DNA of 64,000 bases from assembly GCA_001000545.1 (NCBI GenBank), contig LCOC01000005.1:10013-74012 (forward strand). The letters run 5' to 3'. Source of the stretch: Parcubacteria group bacterium GW2011_GWA2_47_21 (GTDB lineage: Bacteria > Patescibacteriota > Minisyncoccia > Phycocordibacterales > DSPV01). The position numbers were made by a program, and so were the translations under genes. Below, piece by piece: positions 28,048 to 37,749 of the stretch (its first letter is position 1; the number at the start of each line of letters is the position of its first letter). Under the pieces are notes generated by a model that was not told where the DNA came from, ran no database searches, and saw nothing but the letters and a program-made list of their open reading frames with translations.

Positions 28048-28641
28048 TTATGAAATCTTATTGAACTCCCCCATCGCCATCTCCCGCCCTAAAGTAATAA
28101 TCATTTGAAGCGCTTCATTCGTTTTCTTGGAAAGTTTCTTAAGAGCGGCAAGTTCGGCGGGTTTAAATTTGCCTAAAATGTGTTCAATAACGGCTTTTTC
28201 TCCGGCCGGCTTTTTTACTTTGCCTTTGGCGCCGGCGGACGAGATGCCGACCCGCACGCGGACGAAACCGTCGGTCTTGAGCATTTTGGAAATTGAGGCG
28301 ACGCCGCGATGTCCGCCGGCGCTTTTGTTGAAGGAAATTTTAAACCGGCCAAGCGGCAAATCTAAGTCATCGTGAACCACGACGAGCGCTTCGGCTTTTT
28401 TAGGCGAAATAATGAGTCCCTTAACGGCCTCGCCTGATTTATTCATAAAAGTCCCGGGCAGAAGAAGCAAGATTTTTTCTTTTCCGACTTTGCCTTCCGA
28501 AGTCAAGGACTTCTTTTTTTTATTTTCCTGCCAATCCGGAAAACCGGCGTAACGCCTGAAATTCTCAACCAAAAATGCCCCGGTATTATGACGAGTGTTT
28601 TCGTATTCGGCTCCCGGATTGCCCAAACCGACAATAATCAT
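28048..28641 (-). CDS. pth: Peptidyl-tRNA hydrolase
   Basis: MIIVGLGNPGAEYENTRHNTGAFLVE N-terminal signature; 197 aa. Confidence 0.9.
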   Translation of the reverse strand: MIIVGLGNPGAEYENTRHNTGAFLVENFRRYAGFPDWQENKKKKSLTSEGKVGKEKILLLLPGTFMNKSGEAVKGLIISPKKAEALVVVHDDLDLPLGRFKISFNKSAGGHRGVASISKMLKTDGFVRVRVGISSAGAKGKVKKPAGEKAVIEHILGKFKPAELAALKKLSKKTNEALQMIITLGREMAMGEFNKIS

Positions 28642-28879
28642 AAAAAATTTAAAGTAGAAAAGTCAAAGCGTAAAATGACAAAACTACAATTGACCTAAAT
28701 TAGGATTTGAGAATTGTTTAGAATAATTAGGATAATCAGGTAAATGAGAAATTGATTTATCATTCTTAATTTTGCCTGACTCGCTCAATGTTCCCGCAGT
28801 CGGCCGAGTGAACGTTTGCATTCTACATTCATCTTGAGTATTGCGTCAACGGCGCAAAAGGTAATACAATGTCGGCAAT

Positions 28880-29491
28880 ATGAATAAAGAGCAATCAAGC
28901 GCGAACGATGGAAACGCCGCTAACCCAACCCCCAAAAAAGAAAATTTCTGGTGGGAAACGCTAAAAATCATCATTACCACGCTGGCCATCGTTCTGCCTA
29001 TCCGTTACTTCATCGCCCAACCGTTCATTGTCGCCGGCAGTTCCATGTACCCCACTTTTGAGAACGGCGAGTACCTTATTATAGACGAAATTTCCTACCG
29101 ATTCGGCCCGCCAGAGCGCGGTGATGTCATAGTGTTCCGCTATCCCGGCAATCCGAAAAAGTTCTACATTAAAAGGATAGTCGGGTTGCCGGAAGAAACG
29201 ATAAAAATCAGAGACGAGGAAATCTTCATCACCACGCCGGCCGGCGAAACCTTTGAACTCTCGGAGTCCTATCTAAAAAGGCCGTCGCCGGGCAATTTCG
29301 TCTCTAATCTGGGACCGGACGAATATTACGTCTTGGGCGATAATCGGCAGGAAAGCTCTGACTCGCGCGTCTGGGGCGTTCTTCCCAAAGAGCTCATTAT
29401 CGGCAAACCGGTTGTCCGACTTTTACCTATCGGTAAAATAGACCTCTACCCGGGCAGGTTAACGGACGGCGAAGCGGCGACATCCGACTGA
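28880..29491 (+). CDS. lepB: Signal peptidase I (S26 family)
   Basis: Catalytic Ser block GSSMYPTF, RGDVIVFRYP, YIKRIVGLP, YYVLGDNRQESSDSRVWG. Confidence 0.9.
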   Translation: MNKEQSSANDGNAANPTPKKENFWWETLKIIITTLAIVLPIRYFIAQPFIVAGSSMYPTFENGEYLIIDEISYRFGPPERGDVIVFRYPGNPKKFYIKRIVGLPEETIKIRDEEIFITTPAGETFELSESYLKRPSPGNFVSNLGPDEYYVLGDNRQESSDSRVWGVLPKELIIGKPVVRLLPIGKIDLYPGRLTDGEAATSD

Positions 29492-29562
29492 GGAGTGGGG
29501 AAAAATAGATTGGCCGGCAAAAAATTTTTTGATTTTAAAATTACTTCAAAAAAACGCCAAAA

Positions 29563-30771
29563 ATGCAACCCAACACAGCAAAAGGTGGCGACATCCGCTT
29601 AAAAAACGCCAGCGTGGCCGAAGAGGTTGCCCTTTATTACGGCTTCAAGCCCGCCAGGGCACCCGCTGTGAACCGTGACGACTTGCACCAAGCCAAAATC
29701 CTAAGGGCCGGCGAAAGACGCTTAGTGGACGAGAAAACCATCGTCATCCGCCCGGAAGAACAAATCGCCATTCTACGGCTCTACGAAGAAAATAATTGGC
29801 ACAAAGAGCCCCAACCGATTTTTCTGTTCTTTGAGGGAAAGTTTCCCGGAGCGGCGGAACACAAAAACCCGCGGACTTTCCGACGAGTCCGTCTGGACAT
29901 CTTGGGTTCCTCAAAAAGCGTCTGTGAAGCCATCATAATAAAAACGGCGATAGAAATCCTCATTGAAGAGGGTTTTGAAAACCTCTATGTGGACATCAAC
30001 TCAATCGGCGATAAAGAATCCTTCCATTGTTTCAACAAGGACTTGGGCGCGTATTTAAGAAAGCGGGCCGGCGAGCTTCACGGCGTCTGCCGCGAAAAAC
30101 TGAAATTTGACCCTTTGGAGGCCTTAAATTGCGAAAATCAAAAATGCCAGGGCGTATTCGGCGAGGCGCCGAAGAGCATCTCTTATTTAAACGAGCCGAG
30201 CCGCAAACATTTTATGGAGGTCTTGGAATTTCTGGAATCAACCGGCATACCCTATCGCGTCAATGACCAGCTGGTTTCAAACCACGAAATGGCCTGCCAT
30301 ACGATTTTTGAAGTAAAATCATTAAATGACGAAACGGAGCAAAACCGAGCCCTGCCTTTGGCGTCCGGTTTTCGTTCCAACGGCTTGAGTAAAAAGGTCG
30401 GCTGGTCCCGCGATATAGCGTCAATCGGCATTGCTTTGCTTTACAAAGGCAACGGCAAAAATAAAAAAAATCTGCGTTTCAAGAAACCGAAAATCTACTT
30501 CGTGCAGATAGGTTTTGAAGCAAAACTTAAAAGCTTGAAGATAATAGAGATGCTTCGGAAGATTAAAGTGCCGCTTCTCCAAGCCCTTTCCAGAGACAAG
30601 CTAAGCGCCCAGCTCGCCACCGCGGAAAACCTGAAAATCCCCTACACCATCATTATGGGACAAAAAGAAGCGGTGGAAAATAACGTGATTATCCGCGATA
30701 TGAGCAACCGCTCCCAAGAGGTGGTGAAGATAGAAGAATTGCCGGCATACCTCAAAAAACTTGGGATTTAA
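29563..30771 (+). CDS. hisS: Histidine--tRNA ligase homolog (class II core + HGTP anticodon-binding domain), divergent
   Basis: Alignable to HisRS: RPEEQIAILRLYEENNW...FRRVRLDILG (motif 2 region), LYVDINSIG (cf. LELNSIG), EVLEFLESTGIPYRVNDQLV, C-terminal anticodon-binding fold (KIYFVQIGFEAK...IPYTIIMGQKE). Confidence 0.55.
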   Translation: MQPNTAKGGDIRLKNASVAEEVALYYGFKPARAPAVNRDDLHQAKILRAGERRLVDEKTIVIRPEEQIAILRLYEENNWHKEPQPIFLFFEGKFPGAAEHKNPRTFRRVRLDILGSSKSVCEAIIIKTAIEILIEEGFENLYVDINSIGDKESFHCFNKDLGAYLRKRAGELHGVCREKLKFDPLEALNCENQKCQGVFGEAPKSISYLNEPSRKHFMEVLEFLESTGIPYRVNDQLVSNHEMACHTIFEVKSLNDETEQNRALPLASGFRSNGLSKKVGWSRDIASIGIALLYKGNGKNKKNLRFKKPKIYFVQIGFEAKLKSLKIIEMLRKIKVPLLQALSRDKLSAQLATAENLKIPYTIIMGQKEAVENNVIIRDMSNRSQEVVKIEELPAYLKKLGI

Positions 30772-30789
30772 AAAGCGCGATGCCAATAC

Positions 30790-30900
30790 TGTCTCTGTGC
30801 AAACCTGCTTGCGCGCCGCCTGCCTGTGCGTGTCCTGCTTGCGCGCCGCGCGCAGGCAAGCCGCACGCAGACAGGCGCGCGGGCAAGCACACACAGGCAG
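30790..30900. repeat. GC-rich imperfect large palindrome with internal direct repeats between hisS and rpsU
   Basis: CCTGCTTGCGCGCCGC occurs twice 29 bp apart; region is largely self-complementary (CCTGCCTGTGCGTG...CAGACAGGCGCG...). Confidence 0.7.
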
Positions 30901-31024
30901 ATACTAACGCATACTTGCCCCGTAGTGAGCCGCGCTCTGCTAATGAGGCGAATGATACTAATGAAAAGTTCCTATCATTAACGCTGAATTTGCAGAGTAA
31001 AAAAACTCGTGTTAGTATCTCATT

Positions 31025-31279
31025 ATGTCAACCAATGTATCGGTAGAAAAAAATACCAATGAAAATACGGGCGGCCTGCTTCGCAGATTTTCAAGGAAAG
31101 TCCAAAGTTCCGGCGTCTTGCCTCGGGTCAAATCCATTCGTTACAAAGCCCGCAACCAATCACGCTACACGACAAGGAAAAAAGCTCTGAAAACCCTGCG
31201 CCGTCGCGCGGAAATAGCCAAACTAATCAAGCTTGGAAAATTGCCCGACAAACCGGCGCGCGGCTCATACAAGCGCTAA
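31025..31279 (+). CDS. rpsU: 30S ribosomal protein S21 with N-terminal extension
   Basis: LLRRFSRKVQSSGVLPRVKSIRYKARNQSRYTTRKKALKTLRRRAE matches S21 family pattern. Confidence 0.8.
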   Translation: MSTNVSVEKNTNENTGGLLRRFSRKVQSSGVLPRVKSIRYKARNQSRYTTRKKALKTLRRRAEIAKLIKLGKLPDKPARGSYKR

Positions 31280-31287
31280 AACGGAAG

Positions 31288-31668
31288 ATGAATCACTTGT
31301 CTTTAACCAACCTGACTCGCAGCGAATTGCCTCGCCTACCTTTTAGAAAAATTACAGAAAAAATCCTCAGTAAGAAATACTCTTTGTCGGTGGTTTTTAC
31401 CGGCAATAAGCGCGCCGCGCGCTTAAACAAAAAATATCGCGGCAAAAACTACGCGCCGGATGTCTTGGCTTTTCCTTTGTCGGACAAGTCGGGAGAAATA
31501 TTTATCGCGCCGAAGGCCGCTTCGCGGCAAGCGGCGCTTTTTGGAGAGCCAACGGCAAAATACATCGGACGCCTGTTTATCCACGGTTTGCTTCATTTGA
31601 AAGGATACCGCCATGGTAGTAAAATGGAGCATGAAGAAAGAAAAATTTTGAGAAGGATTGATTCTTAA
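31288..31668 (+). CDS. ybeY: rRNA maturation RNase YbeY
   Basis: HGLLHLKGYRHGSKMEHEE (H-x3-H-x5-H zinc motif); follows rpsU as in many bacteria. Confidence 0.85.
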   Translation: MNHLSLTNLTRSELPRLPFRKITEKILSKKYSLSVVFTGNKRAARLNKKYRGKNYAPDVLAFPLSDKSGEIFIAPKAASRQAALFGEPTAKYIGRLFIHGLLHLKGYRHGSKMEHEERKILRRIDS

Positions 31669-31843
31669 TTCTCAATATTTGCCGAAGACATCTGAAAAGG
31701 GCGGCGAGATTTTTAGCGACGGAGCGAATCATAGGCGCGGGGTGAAGGTTGGCGTCAGAATGCTTTATTATTTTGACACTGTCATCTTTTGTCGTTTATT
31801 GGCGAATTTTTAACGGCGTTGATTTTTTAAATTTTTTACTATC

Positions 31844-33016
31844 GTGACCAATAAAATCGGAGCGGGCATAGACATCGGCACTTACCATACCAAGGTTATG
31901 ATTGTTCAAAGCGCTTCCACGGACGGCAAGCCGCCGCGCATAATCGGCACGGGTTTTGCCGAAACGAAAGGCCTCCGGCACGGTTACATAATGAACAGAA
32001 ACGAAACGGCGGAAGGGCTCAAAACGGCTCTCCGGCAAGCGGAAAAAGCCGCCGGCGTCCCAATCAGGAAAGCGCTCGTGTCAGTCGGCGGAATCGGCCT
32101 CTCTTCAGTCGCGACATTCGGCAGCGCCGTCATTTCGCGCGCCGATTCTGAAATCACCAAGTTGGATATTGAGAAAGCCGTCGCCGCAAGCAACGAAGCC
32201 ATAACCGCGGCGGCTTCGCAAAACAGGAAAATCATTCACCGCATTCCCGTCCAATACAAAGTTGACGGCCGGCCGATAGTCGGCGCGACGCCGGTCGGCA
32301 TGAAAGGCGCCAAACTTGAAGTCAAAACCCTTTTCATCGCCTGCGCGGAACAACATTTAAACGATTTGATTCAAGCTGTGGAAGACAGCGGGGTGGAAAC
32401 CTTAGACCCCGTCGCCTCACCCTTGGCGGCCAGTATGGTGGTCTTAAACAAGACCCAAAAAATCGCCGGCGTCGTTTTGGCTAATATCGGCGCCGAGACC
32501 GTCTCTATCGCGGTTTTTGAAAACAACATCCCGATATCTTTGGAGGTCTTCCCTTACGGCGGCACCAATATCACGAATGACATCGCTTTGGGACTAAAAG
32601 TGCCGATTGAAGAGGCGGAGGAAATCAAACGCGGGAGCGTCCTTTCCACCAATTATTCGCGAAGAGAGTTGGACAAAATCGTCATCGCCCGTCTCCATGA
32701 CATTTTTGATTTGGTGGAGGCCCACCTTAAAAAAATCGGCCGGAGCGGACTTCTGCCGGCAGGCATTGTCATTACCGGCGGCGGTTCAAGAATTGAGACC
32801 ATTGAGGACTTGGCAAAAGCATCGTTAAATCTCCCTTCGCGCGTCGCGAAACTAAATTTCGGCGGCAATATCAGAGACCTCCATGATTCGGTTTGGTCGG
32901 TCTGTTACGGCCTCTGTCTTCTAAATCTCGCCGGAAGCGACAAGCCCTTCGGTTTTGATATATTCGCGAAAACCAAAAGACGTGCCGTTGACTGGCTCCG
33001 GCAGTTTCTGCCATAA
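31844..33016 (+). CDS. ftsA: Cell division protein FtsA
   Basis: Actin-fold N-terminus GIDIGTYHTKVMIV and C-terminal blocks (IVITGGGSRI); precedes ftsZ. Confidence 0.85.
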   Translation: MTNKIGAGIDIGTYHTKVMIVQSASTDGKPPRIIGTGFAETKGLRHGYIMNRNETAEGLKTALRQAEKAAGVPIRKALVSVGGIGLSSVATFGSAVISRADSEITKLDIEKAVAASNEAITAAASQNRKIIHRIPVQYKVDGRPIVGATPVGMKGAKLEVKTLFIACAEQHLNDLIQAVEDSGVETLDPVASPLAASMVVLNKTQKIAGVVLANIGAETVSIAVFENNIPISLEVFPYGGTNITNDIALGLKVPIEEAEEIKRGSVLSTNYSRRELDKIVIARLHDIFDLVEAHLKKIGRSGLLPAGIVITGGGSRIETIEDLAKASLNLPSRVAKLNFGGNIRDLHDSVWSVCYGLCLLNLAGSDKPFGFDIFAKTKRRAVDWLRQFLP

Positions 33017-33326
33017 AAATCGCCCGGGCATATGTTTTTCAACGCGCGACAAAACACCCCCCCAGCCGGGCGTTTTTTGTGCTCGCCTTGCCGCTTGCCC
33101 TGCCGCTTGCCAACTCCCGTTGGCAAGCGGCAGGATTCCCAAAAAAGACGCTGGGGTCAAATTTTTAAGAAACATTTGCTTGACTTGTCAACTCTTCCTT
33201 TTTTGAGCGGGTTTGTGTAGTATGCGACACTATAAAGCGGAGCGGATTCAAAACGGCGCTTCTGGCAAAAGCTCTCAAACGGTTTTTCATTTTTCGTTTG
33301 GCTTTTTAAATTTTACATAAATCATT

Positions 33327-34463
33327 ATGCCTCAAGTAAAACCCGAAGTTGAAGCGTTTGCGCGCATTAAAGTCATCGGGGTCGGCGGCTCGGGCAAGAA
33401 CGCCGTCAATCATATGCTCGGCGCCAAAGTCAAAGGCGTGGAATTCATCGTGGTCAATACCGACGCCCAAGACCTCCACAACGCGCAGGCGAGGAAGAAA
33501 ATCCACATCGGGAAAAATCTCACTCACGGGCTGGGGGCCGGCATGAATCCCGAAGTCGGCCGCAAAGCGGTTGAAGAAAATAAAGAAGAAATCCAAGAAG
33601 CCATCAAGGGCGCCGATATGGTGTTCGTGGCGGGAGGACTCGGTGGCGGCACTTACACCGGCGCGGCGCCGATGATCGCAAAAACCGCCAAGGAACTCGG
33701 CGCGCTCACTGTCGCCATCGCCACTAAGCCGTTTTTCTTTGAAGGCCAGCAAAGAATGAGAATTGCCGAAAGCGGGCTGGAAGAGCTTCGCCACTCGGTT
33801 GACGCCATCGTGGTCATTCCCAACGACCGCTTATTGGGAGTGGTGACCAAAGAGACCACCGCCAAGAACGCTTTCGCTATGTGCGATGAAGTGCTTAAGC
33901 AGGCGGTGGAAGGCATTTCCGACCTGATTACCATCCCGGGCATCATCAATGTTGATTTCGCCGATGTTAAAGCGGTTTTGGAAAATGCCGGCTCGGCTTT
34001 AATGGGCATCGGCATCGCCTCCGGCGAAAAAAGAGCCGAGGAAGCGGCCCGAGCGGCCATTAATTCCCCGCTTTTGGAGGTTTCAATCAGCGGCGCCAAA
34101 GGAGTCCTCTTCTCCATTGCCGGCGGCGACGACCTCACTATGTTTGAAATCCAAGATGCCGCCAAAGTCATTACCGAATCCATTGACCCTGACGCCAAAG
34201 TTATTTTTGGCACGGTCCGCGACGACAAACTCAAGAAAGGCGAAGTGAAAATTACGGTCATCGCTTCCGGTTTCCCCGAGCCGTCCACTCCCAGGAAAAC
34301 CTTATTTATGGCCGATTCGGAAGAGAAAAAAGGGAAAATTTTCAACGCAATGATGGCGCCGACCGCGGCCTCGGCCAACGAAACTAAAACGGACGGCAAG
34401 ACACTGCCTGAAGATGAAGACGAGTGGAGCGCCGTGCCGGCATTTCTAAGGAGGAAAAAGTAG
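33327..34463 (+). CDS. ftsZ: Cell division protein FtsZ
   Basis: Tubulin signature GGLGGGTYTGAAPMIAKTAKELGALTVAIATKPFFFEG and IKVIGVGGSGKNAVNHM. Confidence 0.95.
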   Translation: MPQVKPEVEAFARIKVIGVGGSGKNAVNHMLGAKVKGVEFIVVNTDAQDLHNAQARKKIHIGKNLTHGLGAGMNPEVGRKAVEENKEEIQEAIKGADMVFVAGGLGGGTYTGAAPMIAKTAKELGALTVAIATKPFFFEGQQRMRIAESGLEELRHSVDAIVVIPNDRLLGVVTKETTAKNAFAMCDEVLKQAVEGISDLITIPGIINVDFADVKAVLENAGSALMGIGIASGEKRAEEAARAAINSPLLEVSISGAKGVLFSIAGGDDLTMFEIQDAAKVITESIDPDAKVIFGTVRDDKLKKGEVKITVIASGFPEPSTPRKTLFMADSEEKKGKIFNAMMAPTAASANETKTDGKTLPEDEDEWSAVPAFLRRKK

Positions 34464-34600
34464 TTTAGTATTTTTCGCCTTTTTTAAATTCAAAGGAGGG
34501 TTTAAATTTTGGAATAAAAAAACTGCCCGCACGCAATGGTGTCGGGCTAGTTTAAGCTTTCATAGATTTTCACCTTTCTCTTTAGTGGGGATTGATTAGT

Positions 34601-35029
34601 TTAGTTGGGAATTTCAACGGCACTACCAGCGCTACGGAATGCTCTCTTGAGAAAACATTCTCTCTTTTCTGCAACGACTTGTGGCATCAAGTCGCGCACT
34701 TGATAGCACAGCCAGACAAGACGGTCTCCGCCTTGTTGTCCTTTGAAGCGGTGAGCAAGTTTTACTACCTCGCTCGCCAATTCGGGACTTTCACAGAGTA
34801 ATTTTCTCGCTGTATCCTTGAACTCACTGATTGATGAACAACTCTGGAGCAAAGTATAATGCTCCGTTCTATTTCCTTTACTCGCGACTTTTTTCCACAT
34901 AGCTTCGCGTTCGGCGAAACTATGAGCTTGGTCTGCAAGTGCCCGATCTCGTTCCTGTTGGTCAATCAGCCCAACTTTACACAATGCGTCTGCTAAGGAG
35001 TTAGCCATATTTTTATCACCAAGGTTCAA
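34601..35029 (-). CDS. Hypothetical protein in AT-richer segment
   Basis: 142-aa ORF with no motif I recognise; flanked by ~330-bp AT-rich non-coding DNA. Confidence 0.35.
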   Translation of the reverse strand: MNLGDKNMANSLADALCKVGLIDQQERDRALADQAHSFAEREAMWKKVASKGNRTEHYTLLQSCSSISEFKDTARKLLCESPELASEVVKLAHRFKGQQGGDRLVWLCYQVRDLMPQVVAEKRECFLKRAFRSAGSAVEIPN

Positions 35030-35357
35030 TTTCTAAGCTTGTTTTCTGGTACATACCAGGGCATTGCTTAGCCGCCAATAGGTTAGCATGGCTAATGATT
35101 TATGTCAATGGAGAAAAAATTTTGTGGATGAAGTGTCAAAATATGCCATTGTTTAACGATTTTTTCACCTACACCAACTTTCAACGATTGCTGTTTTTGT
35201 GTGTATGCCACAAAAATAAACGAAGGCATTAACAAGGTATTAACGAAGATATTTTTGCAAACAGCACAAACAGTAAATATCTGCCATAAATGTAATTTGC
35301 TAAATGGCGAAACTAAACATGAATCCTTCTTTGTAAAAGTGTGATAAACTATCGGTT

Positions 35358-36293
35358 ATGATTTACGATTTGGCCATCATCGGCGGGGGGCCGGCCGGCG
35401 TTGCGGCCGGCGTTTATGCTGCCAGAAAAAAACTCAAAACGATTTTTCTGACCATGGACTTTGGCGGCCAAAGCGTCGTTTCGCCCGACATTCAAAATTG
35501 GATTGGCACTATTTCCATTTCCGGCGAGGAATTGGCGAAAAACCTCAAGAATCATCTTTTGGCTTACGGCAAAGAAGTCGTGGCCGTGAAAGAAGGCCTT
35601 CGGGTTAAAAATGTAGAAAAGACCGAGGACGGCTTTGAAATCGCGCTTGATGACGGCGAGTCCTATCACGCAAAAATTGTCCTGATAACCACCGGTTCAA
35701 GCCGCCGGAAACTTTCTGTCCCGGGCGCCAAAGAATTTGAAAATAAAGGCATCACTTATTGCGCCACTTGCGACGGGCCGCTTTTCGCCGGCCAAGACGT
35801 CGCCGTCATCGGCGGGGGCAATGCCGCCTTTGAAACTGCCGTTCAGCTTTCCGCCTATTGTAAATCTGTAACACTACTCCAAAGAAGCGGGGGGTTCCGC
35901 GCCGACCCAGTCACGGCGGAGCGGGTTTTAGCTAAACCAAATGTTAAAGGCATTACCGGCACGGAAATCCTAGAAATCAAAGGCGGTAAATTCGTTTCTT
36001 CATTGCTCTTTAAGAAAACCGCTGCGGGAGAAATTACGGACCTGCCGGTAACCGGCATATTCGTTGAAATAGGCCTTGTGCCGGCCACCGGTTTCGTAAA
36101 AAATCTGCTCAAGTTAGACCCGTGGGGACATATAATCGTTGACCCGAAAACGCAAAGAACCTCATGCCCCGGTGTTTGGGCGGCTGGCGACTCCACCGAC
36201 GGACTATATCACCAAAATAACATCGCCGCCGGCGATGCCATTAAAGCGCTGGAAGATATTTATATGTTCCTTCACGCCGGTAAAACAAAGTAG
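35358..36293 (+). CDS. trxB: Thioredoxin-disulfide reductase
   Basis: FAD motif DLAIIGGGPAGVAAGVYAAR, redox-active CATCDG, NADPH motif VAVIGGGNAAFETA. Confidence 0.9.
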   Translation: MIYDLAIIGGGPAGVAAGVYAARKKLKTIFLTMDFGGQSVVSPDIQNWIGTISISGEELAKNLKNHLLAYGKEVVAVKEGLRVKNVEKTEDGFEIALDDGESYHAKIVLITTGSSRRKLSVPGAKEFENKGITYCATCDGPLFAGQDVAVIGGGNAAFETAVQLSAYCKSVTLLQRSGGFRADPVTAERVLAKPNVKGITGTEILEIKGGKFVSSLLFKKTAAGEITDLPVTGIFVEIGLVPATGFVKNLLKLDPWGHIIVDPKTQRTSCPGVWAAGDSTDGLYHQNNIAAGDAIKALEDIYMFLHAGKTK

Positions 36294-36491
36294 GCGTATC
36301 CTCCTCTGATTGACAATAACAATCAATGGAATACACTGGTAGTGGCAACAGTTCGCAGATTTCCGTCCCCAAAAAGCGTCTCTCGCATCTCCCAGTTACG
36401 TTTGAACGAACTCGATATGCAACACCCACAGCGAGCCACGCCTGACGCTTTGGTCTGCGTTCCTTCTTCGGAACTTTAGCCCGCCCTCGCA

Positions 36492-36839
36492 TTGATGTTG
36501 AGGGCGGGCTATCATTCTTCATATGAGGGTTTTTCAAGCGCAAGCGGCGGACACATTTTCTACCAGGGAGTGAAGAAACGCCAAAGGGGGCGACGCATTT
36601 TCCAAGACGACCTAGCGCCAAATACTCTTATCAGAATTATTCCATGGGACCGCTTCAGAGTGCTTTTCATAGATGATGACGGGAAGGAGAGGTTTCTTCA
36701 GCTAAACGCTCCCCTGCCGAAAGGCAACTGTTTTCGCACGGAGGCGGTTGGAGGGCAAATCCAACTTAAACCGATAGCGGACTTTGAAAGCGCGAGCAAC
36801 GAGGCCTTTGAAATGCCAGATGACTACAGACCGGCATAG
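36492..36839 (+). CDS. Hypothetical small protein
   Basis: 115-aa ORF followed by terminator-like hairpin AAGCCACC-TTT-GGGTGGCTT at ~36858-36878. Confidence 0.3.
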   Translation: MMLRAGYHSSYEGFSSASGGHIFYQGVKKRQRGRRIFQDDLAPNTLIRIIPWDRFRVLFIDDDGKERFLQLNAPLPKGNCFRTEAVGGQIQLKPIADFESASNEAFEMPDDYRPA

Positions 36840-36959
36840 CCAATCTTTTCGGCCGGCACAAGCCACCTTTGGGTGGCTTTCTCTTTGCGCACTTACTTAA
36901 AAAATGCGCTCGCGTGGTGGGGCTTCGATGCGGACGAGGCAAAGCAAAACTATTTTTGC

Positions 36960-37030
36960 GGGAGGAAAAGGATTTGCTTTGCCTCGGCTCTTTTTCCAAA
37001 ACCACGGGGATTTGGTATCCGCCGCGCCGG
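36960..37030. repeat. Inverted repeat, left copy (71 bp) flanking UDG-like/radical SAM cassette
   Basis: GGGAGGAAAAGGATTTGCTTTGCCTCGGCTCTTTTTCCAAAACCACGGGGATTTGGTATCCGCCGCGCCGG; exact reverse complement at 39184-39254. Confidence 0.9.
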
Positions 37031-37203
37031 TGTTGACGAAAAAACTGGAGATAGTTGGCGTAGATCGTGTGAGCGATTTTCGACACTTGGTTTTTTCTGC
37101 GACAATATCAAAATTATAAATTCCGATATATCGAGAAGATTCGTATGCTTCCCACTCTTCACGCGCGCTTCGCAAGCGATGTCCGTCCGCATCTCTTCCA
37201 TCT

Positions 37204-37686
37204 TCATGAGACAAGTCGTTCAATAACGGCTTTCACTGCTTGAACATATCGATTTTTTTCCTTTCGCTTGTACACCATGATGTACGAGGGATGTTGAATA
37301 GGCACATACCATTTCCCTCCATACTCAAAAGAGCGATATCTGTAAGACAATTTTGGCATCTGTAGTCCAATCTGACGAAGAACAAATGTTGCTGTCTTGT
37401 TACCAAGCAATAAGACAACGCGAGGATTAACTGTCTGAATCTCAACTTGTAGTTCAGGATAGCACAGCACACACTCTTCAGGTGTCGGATACCTCAACTT
37501 CCCCTTGGAATCCAATGGAGGAAACTTTACAAGGTTTGTTTTGTAAAAGCTTGCATGGCGGCATCGTGCCTCAATTTCTGCCACCAGCTTACCGGTGTTT
37601 GTGTCTATATGAAGAGGAGCGCAAATCTCGGCATTAATTGCCTTTTTCGCAGAAAGACCAACCCACATTACATTTGCGTTTTTCAT
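37204..37686 (-). CDS. Uracil-DNA glycosylase superfamily-like protein (family 4/5-like, non-canonical motif A)
   Basis: UDG-fold pattern: hydrophobic core VVLLLGNKTATFVL and C-terminal HPS motif (PIQHPSYI); N-terminal motif region VGLSAKKA instead of GEGPG. Confidence 0.45.
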   Translation of the reverse strand: MKNANVMWVGLSAKKAINAEICAPLHIDTNTGKLVAEIEARCRHASFYKTNLVKFPPLDSKGKLRYPTPEECVLCYPELQVEIQTVNPRVVLLLGNKTATFVLRQIGLQMPKLSYRYRSFEYGGKWYVPIQHPSYIMVYKRKEKNRYVQAVKAVIERLVS

Positions 37687-37749
37687 CGGTTTATTCCATT
37701 AGTTTCGGTAATGAATTTCCGAAGAATCTCATCGGACACTTCGGAAAAA

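Noticed and set aside
31984-33126. Numerous short ORFs overlapping ftsA and its 3' flank (e.g. 32105-32356, 32607-32828, 32905-33126)
   Set aside because: Overlap a well-supported ftsA frame or GC-rich repeat; no motifs.
36241-36621. Minus-strand 126-aa ORF overlapping trxB 3' end
   Set aside because: Overlaps trxB and a terminator-like hairpin; the co-located + strand ORF 36492-36839 is the more plausible (still weak) gene.
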